DNA of 57,109 bases. It comes from Octopus bimaculoides (lineage: Eukaryota). How positions within the stretch are numbered: the stretch's first letter is position 1; each line of letters starts with the position of its first letter. Location: NCBI RefSeq assembly GCF_001194135.2, contig NC_068985.1, forward strand, positions 56,505,629 to 56,562,737, in the 5' to 3' direction. The translations under genes and the position numbers were made by a program. Below, one piece after another: positions 1 through 12,250 of this stretch. The notes under the pieces are model-generated. The model saw nothing but the letters and a program-made list of their open reading frames with translations. It made no database searches and was not told the origin of the DNA.

Positions 1-45
<45 letters not shown>

Positions 46-882
46 CAATATACGCTACCATGTCAGTGAGTATACGGAAGAATATATATAAATATAGGTG
101 AGCGAGGTAAAGATACTTACTAACTCATTTTTTTCAATTGTTTCATGAAGGATATAAAAATTAGACGGGAATAACTTTAAATGGAAGCTGATTCGAGTGT
201 AGAATGCAGCCAGTTGCTTTGTCACGAAAAACACAGGGTAATTTCAGTCCTCAACAAAGAAATAGTTGATAAGTAAACAGTCTTCAACACTTTATCACTA
301 TTAATATCACTAAATGCTTAATTTTACACTTCATTTTATCCTTCATTCTATTTGGCACCTTCTTATAATTTGACCATGAATATAGAATTGTAATAGTCAG
401 CCTGATCCCTTTTTTGCCATTTCTTATTTCTGTATTTTTTATTTTGATTATAATTGATTATAATTGTCTGTCACTATATGTATGGATTTAATTGTGTGTG
501 TAAACTACTGAAAATAACACATCACTTTACGTATGCATTCTCACACTAAGTGAAATGATGGAACGATCTAACGAAGGACTTATATGAGCAATCATCCGAG
601 GAGAAGCATTTTACACCTTTACATATTCAATGCGAGATAATGATTGCAGAACATCTCATGAATCTACTACAAATGTCAAAACAATTGTAATAATTATGAA
701 TTAAGAATGTTGTTCATTCCATATTATATCATTTGTCGGCTTATACAAAACTCCACGGACACTATGGAATTCCTGATGTATATCGAGTAGCATTTTCAAT
801 AATGACATCAGGTAGTTAGGTAGCCAGTAACTGTGGACGAGCTTTGCATAGCACTCTACAAAGCTTTTACACGAATGTTGTT

Positions 883-919
<37 letters not shown>

Positions 920-1504
920 ATCCATCCATTCATCCCACTCTCTCTATGTATCTATCTCTTTATTCATAAACATATTTAATTATTTAATTTGAACATGTCC
1001 ATCTTTCCATTAACAGGCACCTATATGAACGCATACACACACACGCACGCACACGCACACACACACACACACATACACACCACACACACACACACAAACA
1101 CACACACAGTGATCCACTATGCTTCATATATCAAAGTGAAGAACATTGAATATGGTGAATAAAATTTCATGTAATTATATAAATCTGTGTTACTAAAAGA
1201 TTAAAAATATTCAAAGTGAACTACTTATCGTTAGGCACGGTTGATTCAATCTGCCTTCGTTATTCAACAAAGCAATTTGTTTATGACCACAGACTAAGTT
1301 GTGCTTACTTGGTTTTCCTTTGACCTGTCCTCTGGTAGTAGTAATGTACGTGGAGTTAAATGGGTATAATGAAATATCAAAGTCAAGTTGTGAACTCAGA
1401 TCATCAGAGCATTAGTTATTGTAGCCTAAAATATCTGTAAGTTATTCTTTAAACTCTAAATTACATATATTGATCTCTATCTTTGATACAGTGACAAACT
1501 TATG

Positions 1505-1650
1505 TATGGGAGTGTGGCTGTTTGGTGAGAAATTTGCTTCCCAACTGCATGATTTCATGGTCAGACCTCCTGCATGGCGCCTTGGGCAACTGTCTTCTAC
1601 TACAGTCCGGAACCGACCAAAACTTTCTGAGCTGTTTTAGTTAACCAAAA
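1505..1650 (+). mobile_element. OK-like SINE head (degraded)
   Basis: gtggctgtttggtgagaa...gccttgggcaactgtcttctactac. Confidence 0.7.
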
Positions 1651-1674
1651 GGACCCATTGTGCGCGCGCGTGAA

Positions 1675-1878
1675 GACGCCAACCTGGCAGAGCTGTTGGC
1701 TCGCCGGGCACAATAATGTAGCGGTATTTTGTCCGTCTTTACGTTGTGAGATCAAATACCGTGCCTTTCATCCTTTCGGGTTCAATGCAACAGATAGAAG
1801 TTGAGTCCTGGGGTCGATGTAATCAACTACCTCTTAACCCCCAAATTTCAGGCCTTGTACCTACAGTAGAAAGAATAT
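1675..1878 (+). mobile_element. Second tRNA-SINE family (Meta-domain-like gcctttcatcctttcggggtcgat). Further degraded copies near 4225-4360(-), 8990-9110(+), 16910-17110(+), 31110-31260(+), 48603-48800(+) and 54490-54880(-, two)
   Basis: Shared ttctgagttcaaat..gccgaggtcgacttt..ctttcatcc...ggggtcgat motifs across copies. Confidence 0.7.
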
Positions 1879-1899
1879 TTATGTGTATGTTTTTGTTCA

Positions 1900-2030
1900 T
1901 CTCCACCACCGCTTAACATCCGGTGATGATTTGTTTACGTCCCCGTAACTTAGCGCTTCGACAAAAAATGGGGGATAGAATAAGTATCAAGCTTAAAAAG
2001 TGCTAAAGTGCTCTTTCAACTAAACCTTTC
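1900..2030 (+). mobile_element. OK-like SINE tail fragment
   Basis: tttacgtccccgtaacttagcg.ttcg.caaaa...gatagaataagta. Confidence 0.7.
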
Positions 2031-2159
2031 AAAGTTTTGCTCCCGTATGACAACAGTCTAATAACTGCAACAAGCAAAAGACCCCCCACACACACATTCA
2101 AACACGTATATATATGTATGTACGTTTATGAATTTGTGTTGCAAGATTCCAGATGTGAA

Positions 2160-2285
2160 ACAGATATGTTGAAACAGATATTGTTGTATTTCGTGATGGT
2201 CATCTTTTTTGCTAAGTAAACACACGCACAACTGTGATCTCTTCAGCGACACTTTCCGTCCCCGTGTGTGCTCCTGCTCTGCAGA
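2160..2285 (-). repeat. Internally deleted copy of the 50081-50260 repeat
   Basis: Matches both ends of the 50081-50260 copy and lacks about 75 bp including the GAAA half of the fold. Confidence 0.75.
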
Positions 2286-2583
2286 GGAGGTATATAAGAG
2301 AAGAACCAACATAGAGGAGAAATATAAGGGAAAAGATCCAGCAAGCAGGGAAGATTTATAGGCTCATACCCAAGAAGTAGGGAAGCTATATAATGGATAA
2401 ATTTGTATCAGGAAGTAGCTAGAAGTTTTGTTTATCTCAAAAGGATGATAAAAGGTAAAGTTTCGGTCCTTGAACGCTTTGAGCTGCTACAGATTTTGGT
2501 TTTAATTAAATAACATAAATATCATATGCATAATTTGTCTCATTTAAAAAAATAATGAAAGAAAGAAAGGAAGAAAAATAAAC

Positions 2584-3060
2584 AGGCGTGGCTTTATGGT
2601 AAGAAGTTTGCTTCCTAGCCACATAGTTGCGGATTCAATGCCACTGCGTGGCTCCTTGGGCAAGTTTCTTCTTCTATAGCTCTGGGCTGACCAAAGCCTT
2701 GTGAGTAGGATTTTGGTGGATGGAAACTGAAACAAGCGAAAGAATAAAAGAAAGTAAAAGAATATATATATAGGCGCGTGTGTGTATGCGTGTGTATGCG
2801 CGCACGCGCGCGTGCTTGCGTGTGTGTGTGTTTATACCCAACCACCGTTTTATCAAACGATGTTGGTTTTTTTTTTACGTCCTCGTAACTTAGCAGTTCG
2901 GCAAAAGAGAGCCGATAGGATAAGTACCAGGCTAGAAAATTAAGAATAAAAAAATAAAAATAGGAAAATGGTACTGAGATCAACTCGTTCGACTAAAACC
3001 CGTTATAAGTGGTGGTTCAGCACGGCCGCAGTCCAATATCTAAAACGAGTAAAAGATAAA
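2584..3060 (+). mobile_element. Octopus OK-like tRNA-derived SINE, full length with an internal microsatellite
   Basis: tRNA-like head (gtggct..tggtaagaag...ggattcaatgcc), a ccttgggcaag CORE-like segment, central TA/TG repeats and the tail ...gtaaaagataaaa. Confidence 0.85.
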
Positions 3061-3653
3061 AATCGAAGGGCTTCTTTTCCCATTCATCTTTGTTTTTAAA
3101 AAAGAACTGCACCTGCTGGTTTAATGGACATTGGCTTTGTTACAAGAGGAATTGAACTCACACGTCCTCTACCAACTATAGCACTAGTTTTGCAGGCGAC
3201 GATAGAATAAAATGTAATTGCTGCAATTAGCGGATGATTGTAGTTCTACCGCTGCAATATGCAGTTGTGCGCAATAGTAAAATATAATGCCTCTATTGCG
3301 GACTGTAATAAACTATACAAGTACTACGATAGTATGTACGGTAAACGACAGTGCTAATACTGCTGTTTTAAACTACAGAGAGGGTATTACATCTTTCAAT
3401 TTGACGTGTGCGGTGTGTTCGGTTAGAATTTGGCGACTTTTTATGTCTCCTTTTTTTCAGAAATAACTTGATGTATTAATGAACAGTCAACGTTGGAAAG
3501 AATAAGGATCACAGGTGTTGTTGACATGGAGGACTGGAAGTTATCTGAATATTGGAAAAGTCACCCGAATCATGACGATTCAAGCCGGGTATCAAAATGC
3601 TGACACCACAACTGCTTATTGTATGTGCAGGCCTTTTATCTTATATTTCTTGT

Positions 3654-4020
3654 TCAACTAGTTTCCCTCATTAGACTGTGGCCATACTGGAGCACTGCCT
3701 TGGAGGGTTCTAATCGAATAAATCGACCCCAGTGTTTATTTTTAAACCTTGTACTTATTCTATCATTATCTTTTGCATAATGGCTAAATATGTGGACGTA
3801 AACAAACCAACCACCGGCTGTCAAACGGTAGTGAAGACAAACATTAACACAAGGGGACACACGCACACATACACGCGCGCATATGTATATACATACACAA
3901 CGGTTTTTTTTCAGTCTTCGTCTACCAATTCCACTCATAAGGCTCTGGGGAGCCCGGGTTTACAGTAGAAGGCACTTGCCCAATGTGTCCCGCACTGGAA
4001 CAGAATCCGGGGATGAGGTT
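3654..4020 (-). mobile_element. OK-like SINE, inverted relative to 2584-3060
   Basis: Reverse complement of the same head, tail and central CA/TA tract. Confidence 0.8.
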
Positions 4021-4734
4021 TTGATGGATAGTAGTAGTTGCCAAAGCATGCAAGTTTTCTCTGCCCGTGCCACTGATGTTTATCCAAGGGAAAGGCTGCC
4101 GACTCCCTCTCCGCCAGCTTGGCATCTTTGTCGTTATAGACATTGCTCTCATAATACAAATAACTGGAACAGATACCCAAAAGCATTTTTTCCGGTTGTC
4201 TAACACTTCTGCTAATACGCTGCCTTGAACTGGTAATAGATTTTGTCCCCCCGAAAGGCCGAAATGCAAAGTTGATATCGGCGCTGTTTGAACCCAGACT
4301 GTCGGAACAAATACTGCAATGCGTTCTGTTTAACGCCTTAACGTCTCTTCCAATTCACCACCTTCTGCTAAACTATATCACTGTTGTTACAAGCAGTGAT
4401 AAATATTAATGCTACCGTTGCTGGCAATGGTAAAATACAATACTGCTGCAACAGTAAACTGTAGGGTCACTACTAGAGACAGAGGCTGACTGATGTACTT
4501 GAGTTATAATCGGTGGTAAACTACGGTGTTACTACTGCTGCAGTGAACTGTAGCAATTCCAAATTTGATATGGTGAATATAACAAAGCTGGAAGTTCAAG
4601 TCACGCCTGAGTAGATTTTGTCTTTAACCTCTCTTCACTCAAAAAAAATAATACTAGTATATTTATCATATTAATCAAATATCTATCTCTTCCGTCGTTA
4701 GACAGGGACACAAGGAATTATAGTTTACTACTGT

Positions 4735-4736
4735 CT

Positions 4737-4809
<73 letters not shown>

Positions 4810-4813
4810 CAGT

Positions 4814-4845
<32 letters not shown>

Positions 4846-4846
4846 C
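4735..4846. repeat. (AGT)n then (AAGT)n microsatellite
   Basis: Seen directly. Confidence 0.97.
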
Positions 4847-5182
4847 ATACTGGATCTCCGTCAGTTTCTATGGTGAATGTGCAGTTGTTCAATCAGCTGA
4901 ATTACCTGTTCCTGAGGTTATATCGTCTAAATAACTGAACATTCCACAGGTACATGAATTTTAACGTAATTCAAGGTAGAATCAGCGTAGTACAATGTGT
5001 GACAATGGCGAACCCTTAAAATAAAGGGACAAACTATCCGATGGGCTTCCACAAAGTGTTCATCTACCCATTTCGCTCACTTCACAGGGATTGGGTTTCA
5101 CACAGTGAGGTCACGGTAGGAACCTCGTAGTTGCGCAGCAAACGTCTTAACCATGTAGATTTTTCAGAAAATAGTAGGCTTT

Positions 5183-5252
<70 letters not shown>
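5183..5252. repeat. (ACT)n microsatellite
   Basis: Seen directly. Confidence 0.97.
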
Positions 5253-5253
<1 letters not shown>

Positions 5254-5810
5254 AAAGTAGTGGTAAATAATAGTATCGCTGTTACAAAAATGTAATAAAC
5301 TCTAATGCAGTCGCTTCAAGTAGTTATAAACTTCTAGTCACCATCTGTCCAAGTAGTAGTAAATTATAGCGTTATCACCATAAAAAGTGGGGATCTAATA
5401 CTATCTTGAAATACAGTGGTATAGTATACTGTTATCTTTGCAATCAGTGATGAGCTTTCGTGTTACTGCTATTAAGATCAGTTTGGTACAACACAGTCAC
5501 GAAGGAGTAGAGATAAAATATAGCGTTATTGGTATAAACAGTGGTAGACTTTACATTCAGAAGAAAAATGTAGACACATCGAGAAATATATTTAAAAAAT
5601 CATTGACAACAAAGTATCTCTAAGCGAATTCAGCTATAGATAATAACTCATAATATATTAAGTAAAAAAAAAACAAAAAAAAAACACTTTGCGATGGAAA
5701 ATAAAGTGGAAAACTGCCCGCGGTAATTGAAGCATACGTTTTCTGTAACCCAGGCAGACATGCTACCAGTTACACTAAAGCAGCCCTCCATCTTCCATCA
5801 AGCCAAATTA

Positions 5811-7316
5811 CACTGAACGGCAAAAGAAACGCGATTTTTTCAAATGTCATTTTTATATGGTAAATTCTGAAAATTTATTTCGGGATATAAGTGTAAATAC
5901 TCCAACTCATACTGGTTTATGGCGAGACTCAAATTGCAGATAACTTTCCCTGAAACGAGACGCCAAAAGGCAGCTGCGTTGAACGCTGTGGGTGGCAGTT
6001 GCAAATAATTGTCATGAAAACCGAAATGCACGTGCATCTTGTGAAGGTTATGGGTATAAAAATCAACTTGAACCGCGTTGCTGACATTCGTAATTTGGAT
6101 GCATGAGGTATGAATCGATTGTCAGCAGCGCAGAGAGAACAAGCTATCGGCCGATTACAATCAGGGTAGTGTGCCCTGGTTGTTGTGGAAGCTTACAATG
6201 TCCATGTCAGCACCATCTATCGCCTGCAACAGCTATTCAACACCACTAACAGCACTGGAGACGCCCCCGGGTGGTCACGCCCAGGCAGGACTGCTTCATC
6301 CACCTGCAGCACCTTCGTGATCGCTTCAGACTAGCCAGCGTGACAGCTCGCGAGACCACTGGTACTGGACAGCGACCCATCGGCGACGACACGGTACGAC
6401 GTCGACTGGCTGCCAACAACTGCGTTGCCGTCAACTTGCTCGAGGGCATGTCCTCATCGGCCGCTGCCGTCAGGCACGACTACAGTGGGCTACACAGCAC
6501 CGACTTTGGTGGCATCAACAATCAACGTCAGTAGTCTTCTCTGACGATAGCTGGTACTGCGTTTCCTCCTCGGATGGTAGAGTGATGATGTGGCGTAGGA
6601 GGAGTGAACGTTACATTTGCCATGGAGCGAGACGCGTGGGGTGGCCAAAGCATCATGGTTTGGGGTGCTACAGGCCTGAATCAGAGTATTGGGCCCCATG
6701 TGTTTCAAAATGTTGGTGCAGGCAGAAGGAATGGCATCACAGCATAGCGCTACATTGACGAGATCCTAAGACCTCACATCGTGCCCTTCTTTGCGCGTCA
6801 CCATAGCCACGCTTTCTAGCAGGACAACGCTCCCTCCCAAACGGCCAGGTTCACCATGAACTTCATGCGTCAGCACAACATCAGAACTATGCCGTGGCCG
6901 GCTCTCAACCCGGATTATAATCCGGTTGAACACTTGTGGGATGAAATCCAGAGACAGCTGAAACACGTTGTCCTAAAGCCAACAACTCGTGTGGAACTGG
7001 AGGCAGCTTTCCTGAAGGTGTGGGGACAGATGACAATGGCTTTTGTGAACCACTTCATTCACTCCATGTACCGATGGTGTATAGCTGTTTTGAACACTCA
7101 GAGAAAGCATACACGGTATTGAACATGTTACGCCCTACAATCTCGATGTGTTGGATCCGTCCAGTACCAGAACACATGACAACGACCCATAGACTGTGGT
7201 CAAAGTGCATCCAAGAAATTGACTTTATCAGATTTATCAAAATTTATCTCTGACATAATAAAATTAAAACATATTTCACAGTCACACACGTCTGAAGTTT
7301 CTTTTGCGGTTCAGTG
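5811..7316 (+). mobile_element. Tc1-family DNA transposon (DD34E), both ends present, transposase inactivated
   Basis: 20-bp TIRs CACTGAACGGCAAAAGAAAC (5811-5830) and GTTTCTTTTGCGGTTCAGTG (7297-7316) match at 19/20, and both are flanked by TA. Internal transposase remnants are present. Confidence 0.93.
6110..7122 (+). pseudogene. Tc1 transposase pseudogene
   Basis: N-terminus MNRLSAAQREQAIGRLQSG*, then a VVFSDD-like first Asp region and F*QDNAPSQTA...WPALNPDYNPVEHLW, with 34 residues between D and E. Contains stops and frameshifts. Confidence 0.9.
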
Positions 7317-8339
7317 TAGATGTTTTCTTCTTGCCAGTGAGAAAGCTTACTTATATTTAAAACGAAAATGTAAAAACATTGAGTAATGTGTAAATAAGAC
7401 TTTATTAATGACCTGTCTCAAATCGAATTCAGCTATCAAATAGTAACTTAAAATGCAATGCGTTGAAAACTATGATAAGCTATAGATCTTCTTAGGCATT
7501 GCTACATTATCATGCTTGGGTTATGACGGAGAAAAAGCTCTACAAAAGCCGCGAGAAGCAGTAGTAGAAACAATGGTGAGCTATGAGCTATCGTACTATC
7601 ACAACAGACAATGGCGAACTATAATTCCCCTAGTTTCTGTTTGAGACAAGAAGAAAAATATTTGATTTTTACGGTTAGTATATGCCTGTTATTATTTTTA
7701 TTGAACTGCGAGAGAATAAAGACAAAATATACACACGTGTGGCTTGAACTTACAACCTTCCTATTCATTATATCAGACGCGGAATTGATGGCAAATAACG
7801 TCATCCTCTGCGGCAACGGTATTTGAATTCAGAAACTAGAGGGCAGAAGTAAATACTACGAGTCATTGAGTCTGGTTCTCTACAGTTTTTGTTTCCTTCC
7901 CATATCTCCAACCACCTACCACTGCTTTAATCAATAACGCAAGAAGAATAATTTTTTAATAGAAATCGTTGATTTAAATTTGGCAATATGATGAAGCAAG
8001 AGGACTGCACAAGTATCAAGAGTATTGTTAATTAATAGCATATTGATTGAATATCTGAAGAAAGGGATTGGAACTGCAGGCGGCGAGTTGGTGGGGGTAT
8101 TACAGTCGATTAAATGTGAAGCCTGACTGACTGCTTTATTGCTCAGAGCTGAACAACCACAAGAAATATAATCTTTTATTGTATCTCTAACACAAATTCC
8201 TCGTCTTGGATTTCTTCATTTATTTCCATTAGATTGTTGTCAAATATTTGGGATGGGGAAACAAGATGGCCGACTGGATAAGTTATTGAATTAACAGGTC
8301 ATCAGGTGAAGCGTTTCGTTGTTGCTGGTTTTAATTTCC

Positions 8340-9670
8340 AGGTTGGCTATGGTCAAAGGCATTCCAGCCATGACCACCCTCTTTTATTTCACATTACATA
8401 TTTCTAGGGCTACCTTATCCAGTATGTTCTTGGTTTAGACAGTATTGATGCGATTAGAGGATGTTTTAGCTGCTAAATTTAGCAAGTCAAATGGCAATAT
8501 AGAAACTCCTTTTCCAGTTCGACAGCCGTTTCATTATTGTTGCTGTTGTTGTCATTTAGACTCAGGACAAGGGTTATCCTGTAGAAATACAATCTAAGGA
8601 GTCCCGGCTATGACCATCGCGTCTTTTTAGAGGTATAGCTACGGCTAAATTATCCAATCTATCCTTTCCTGTTTATAAGAGAGTGAGAGAAAGTGAGAGA
8701 GTAAGAGATTTAGTTGATACTTCTAGCGTGTCGAATAATTACGTGGTATTTGCAGGAGGAACATTTTATTATGTGTAACCTCCTAGAAGTGTTATCTGCC
8801 AACATTAGCGGCCTATCCAGTGGGAGTTTCATCTCTCAATGACATCAGAATCAAACTAATATCACTTAAGTTTAGGCTTCATTTAAGTATTGATAAAAGA
8901 TCAATAGAAACCACAGTTGTTGGTATTAATACTTGAATTAGAAATCAGTATTTATTCAAAGTGAAGTTGATAGTGGAGTCAGCATGAGAGACTGGCAGAA
9001 TAATTTGCAATTACTAACTATATACCGTGAACTTCTGTTTTCAAATTCTTCCGAGGTCGACTTCAGGGTTTATCCTTACTGGGTTGATACAATAAAGTAT
9101 GCATCAGTATTGAACTTTGTTCAGTCTCAAAATCAAGCCTGATCAAGGAGCAGAACTATGATTATAGTCGTTCCAGTCGTGACCTTGTCTATTATTTTTA
9201 CGTTTAAGTATACCTAAGACTAAATTATTCTGTTTTTCGCATTTTTTATTTTAGTGCAGTAGAGCGCTATTTGAAGGAGATTTCGCTGTTATATCTAGCA
9301 GACTGGACGACCATATAGAGGTTCTCTAGTCGGTTCATAGTATCAGTATTATACTGATATTGACTTAATGGTCTATTGTTTCCTTCTATTGTGGCCACGC
9401 CTCTATACAAGACCTTCTTGCTATTGATTGGGTTATAATGGAGATTTCGAAGGGAAAGGTTCAGCAGAGGACGTTGCACCACCAATATTTTGTTGTTGTT
9501 GTTCTTGTTTAGCCAAAGGTTAAATTTCAGCAAAGCATTCGACCTTGAGCATCTAGTCTTATGGGTGAGTACTTAGGATTATATTATCTAATGTGTGTTC
9601 TTTTTGGTAAGGCTCTCGAATGTTATTTGGAAGATTTGGCTACAATTTCTATCAGGCTGAGTAACTACGT
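8340..9670 (+). mobile_element. Cluster of about four degraded copies of a third short interspersed repeat (another partial copy at ~33440-33530, minus)
   Basis: Recurrent caaaggcattccagccatgacca...ctag(g/a)(g/a)cta.attat...atttggct.c.atttctag.ag motifs at about 8345, 8590, 9160 and 9530. Confidence 0.6.
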
Positions 9671-10224
9671 ATCAACACCATCGATTGTTTACCCTGCCGA
9701 CCCTCACCCCTCTACTACAGGTAATGACGTCACATCTTGCTTCTTATCGGAAATAATAGGTCTGTACGTGTATGCATATTTCTGTCTGTGTCTAGTAAGG
9801 GAGAAATCAATAGTCAATTAACAAATCACAACGCCTTAAAAGAATATATAGTTAATTATCTTGATTATTTGTTTTATTTTTATCGATCACGGAACGATGA
9901 ATAGCGCTGTTGGCCTCAAAACAATTTGATCTCAAAACCAAGATGTTTTATTGGTTTTTCTTTAAGGAAACAGCAAGATATTTCGTAAGCAATGGAAATG
10001 ACATTTAAACTTGCCATGGCATTTTGATAACTTTTGTAAGAATGTTTAGCTCACCTTCTTCTATTTTTAGTTGGTTACCTATTGTTTAATATAATGAGTA
10101 TTTTATCAAAGTGAAATGACTTGACCCAATGGTTAGCGCTTATGATCATAGTGGTCGGCTCATGACCGTAGGGATGTGGGTCTAATTTTAGGGAAAATCA
10201 ATGCGGAAGTCAGGAATGCCACTA

Positions 10225-11671
10225 GGTTAGTACAATGGTCCAATAATATACAAGTCGTCAACTGGTTTAAAGCTATTAAGAAAGAATAAAGCGAGATTCA
10301 CGCAGTTCGATATTGTCGATTTTTATGCTTCTATCTCCAAAGAACTGCTAGATAAAGCCCTTACCTTCACAAACGGATTCATAGAAATCATCACACAGGA
10401 TAAAGACATGATCTTCCATGCTAGAAAGACTACTCTTCAACAAGAACGCAGAGCGGGTCAAGACTACCGATACAGAGGGTGCTTTCGATGTGAGCATGGG
10501 GTCATGTGATGAAGCAGGCATATGCTATCTTATTGGATTATTCCTACTAGATACGTTGTGCAAGACTTTTCCTGACGCACACTTCGCAATTTACAAAGAT
10601 GATGCCTTAGCTTTAACCACTAATACCAATGGACCAGCACAGGATCGGTTCACGAAGGATATTATCCATTTGATGAAAACCTTCGGTCTTAGCATAACTA
10701 CAGATACCAACCTGACGGTTGTCAACTACCTAGATGTGTCCCTAGATCTAAATAAGAATATTTATAAACCTTATAGGAAGCCCAACGATAGACTTAGTTA
10801 TATCAATGTAGGTTCCTGCCATCCCCCCATAGTGTTTAAAAATTTAGTTAAGAACATTAGTAAAAGAATCTCTAGCCTCTCCTCTGATAGGGACATTCTC
10901 AATAGCGTTGCCCCAGTATATAATTAGGCTCTAAAAGATAGTGGTTTTAACGAGGAAATAACCTATACACCTACCACCAGTCCAGTAGCAAAGTGAAGAA
11001 AGCATAGGAATAGGAAAATCATCTGGTTCACACACCCCTACTCACCCGAAGTGACCTTTAATATAGGCAGATATTTCTTGGCACTGATAGACAGACACTT
11101 TCCAGTTAACCATAATTATAGTAAGATCTTCAACAGACATAACTTAAAAATCAGTTTCAGCACAACTGCTAATTTTAAGCACATAATCGCACACAACACA
11201 CAAAAGCCACAATATGAAGCCAGCTGTTCATGCAGAAGTAAAAACTTGTGCCCGCTAAATGGAGCTTGCATGTCCGAAACCATCATTTATGAGGCCACCG
11301 TGGACTCTGTATCCACTAAGGACGCAGTTTCCACGAAGAAATACGTGGGCCTCACGGAGGGTAATTTCAAGGCCATATTCAATAATCAAACTTTGAGTTT
11401 CAGGCACTGGGACAAAAGGAAAACGACAAAATTATCCAGTCATATATGGTCTTTAAAAGATAAAGGTGTCAGTTACAACATCCATTGGAAGATCCTAGCC
11501 AAGTGTAAACCTTACACCAGCGGCAGCGGAAGGTGCAGTCTATGTGATATGGAAAGATGGCTCATCTGGAAAGGTAGGTTAGAGCCCGCCACATGTCTAA
11601 ATTCAAAGACTGAACTTTTCGGATCATGTCCTCATGTGGCCAAATATTTGCTACGCTTTTGGTCCCCTTGA
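10225..11671 (+). pseudogene. PLE reverse transcriptase + GIY-YIG ORF remnant
   Basis: ORFs 10418-10927 and 11051-11671 are in the same frame, separated by in-frame TAG (10925) and TGA (10994). There are frameshifts upstream of about 10430. Confidence 0.9.
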
Positions 11672-12189
11672 GTTTACTGATAGGACTTGCTTTCTTTTTT
11701 TGTGTCTGTCTATAAGCTTTTTATTTTTCTATACCTATTACTTACATTTCTTATACATTTTTTAATATTTTTAAATATTTCTACTGATAGGACCTGCTGA
11801 TGGTTTCTATATTGTGTCTATGTATAAGTTTTTCACTTGGATTTTATATTTTTAATATTTTTTTAATGTTTTTTACATAATTATAGGGTTAATATTTTTG
11901 TATTTTTTCCACACATTTTTCTGCTTTATCTCCCCAACCTTATTTTTTCCTGTACGTCTATAGACACGTACAAGGAACCTTATATGTGCGCGCTTGTGAG
12001 TGTGCGCGTGTGTGCGGGTGCGTGCGTATATAGATATATGCGTGTATATATAGAGATATGTGCATGCGTATATAGATATATGCGTGCATGCGATAATATA
12101 CGCAGTTTTAGACGCGTTTTGACCTTGTTACTACACAGTAATTTCCCTTTGTTTTAACGGTCATTTTACAGAGGAATTTTCAATGGCTG

Positions 12190-12250
12190 GATAACTAAAG
12201 AGATGTTGGCGTGGGCTCTCACCGTGGTATCCGAAACTCGGAGTTTTATC
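12190..12250 (+). ncRNA. Type I hammerhead-ribozyme-like motif (core variant CUAAAGA) in the PLE terminal region
   Basis: Stem I GATAA(12190-94)/TTATC(12246-50); core CTAAAGA 12195-12201; wobble-rich stem II 12202-12232; GAAA 12233-36; palindromic stem III ACTC-G-GAGT; GTT triplet. Confidence 0.6.

Noticed and set aside
3440-3630. Strong plus-strand acceptor followed by a short MEDWKLSEYWKSHPNHDD ORF
   Set aside because: All three frames stop soon after the acceptor, donors are weak and there is no homology. It cannot be supported.
10994-10996. In-frame TGA in the PLE as a possible selenocysteine codon, which is reported for some Naiad elements
   Set aside because: It lies in a basic RK-rich stretch, consistent with CGA>TGA decay. 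The conserved Cys positions use TGT/TGC, another in-frame stop (TAG 10925) is present, and I see no clear SECIS.
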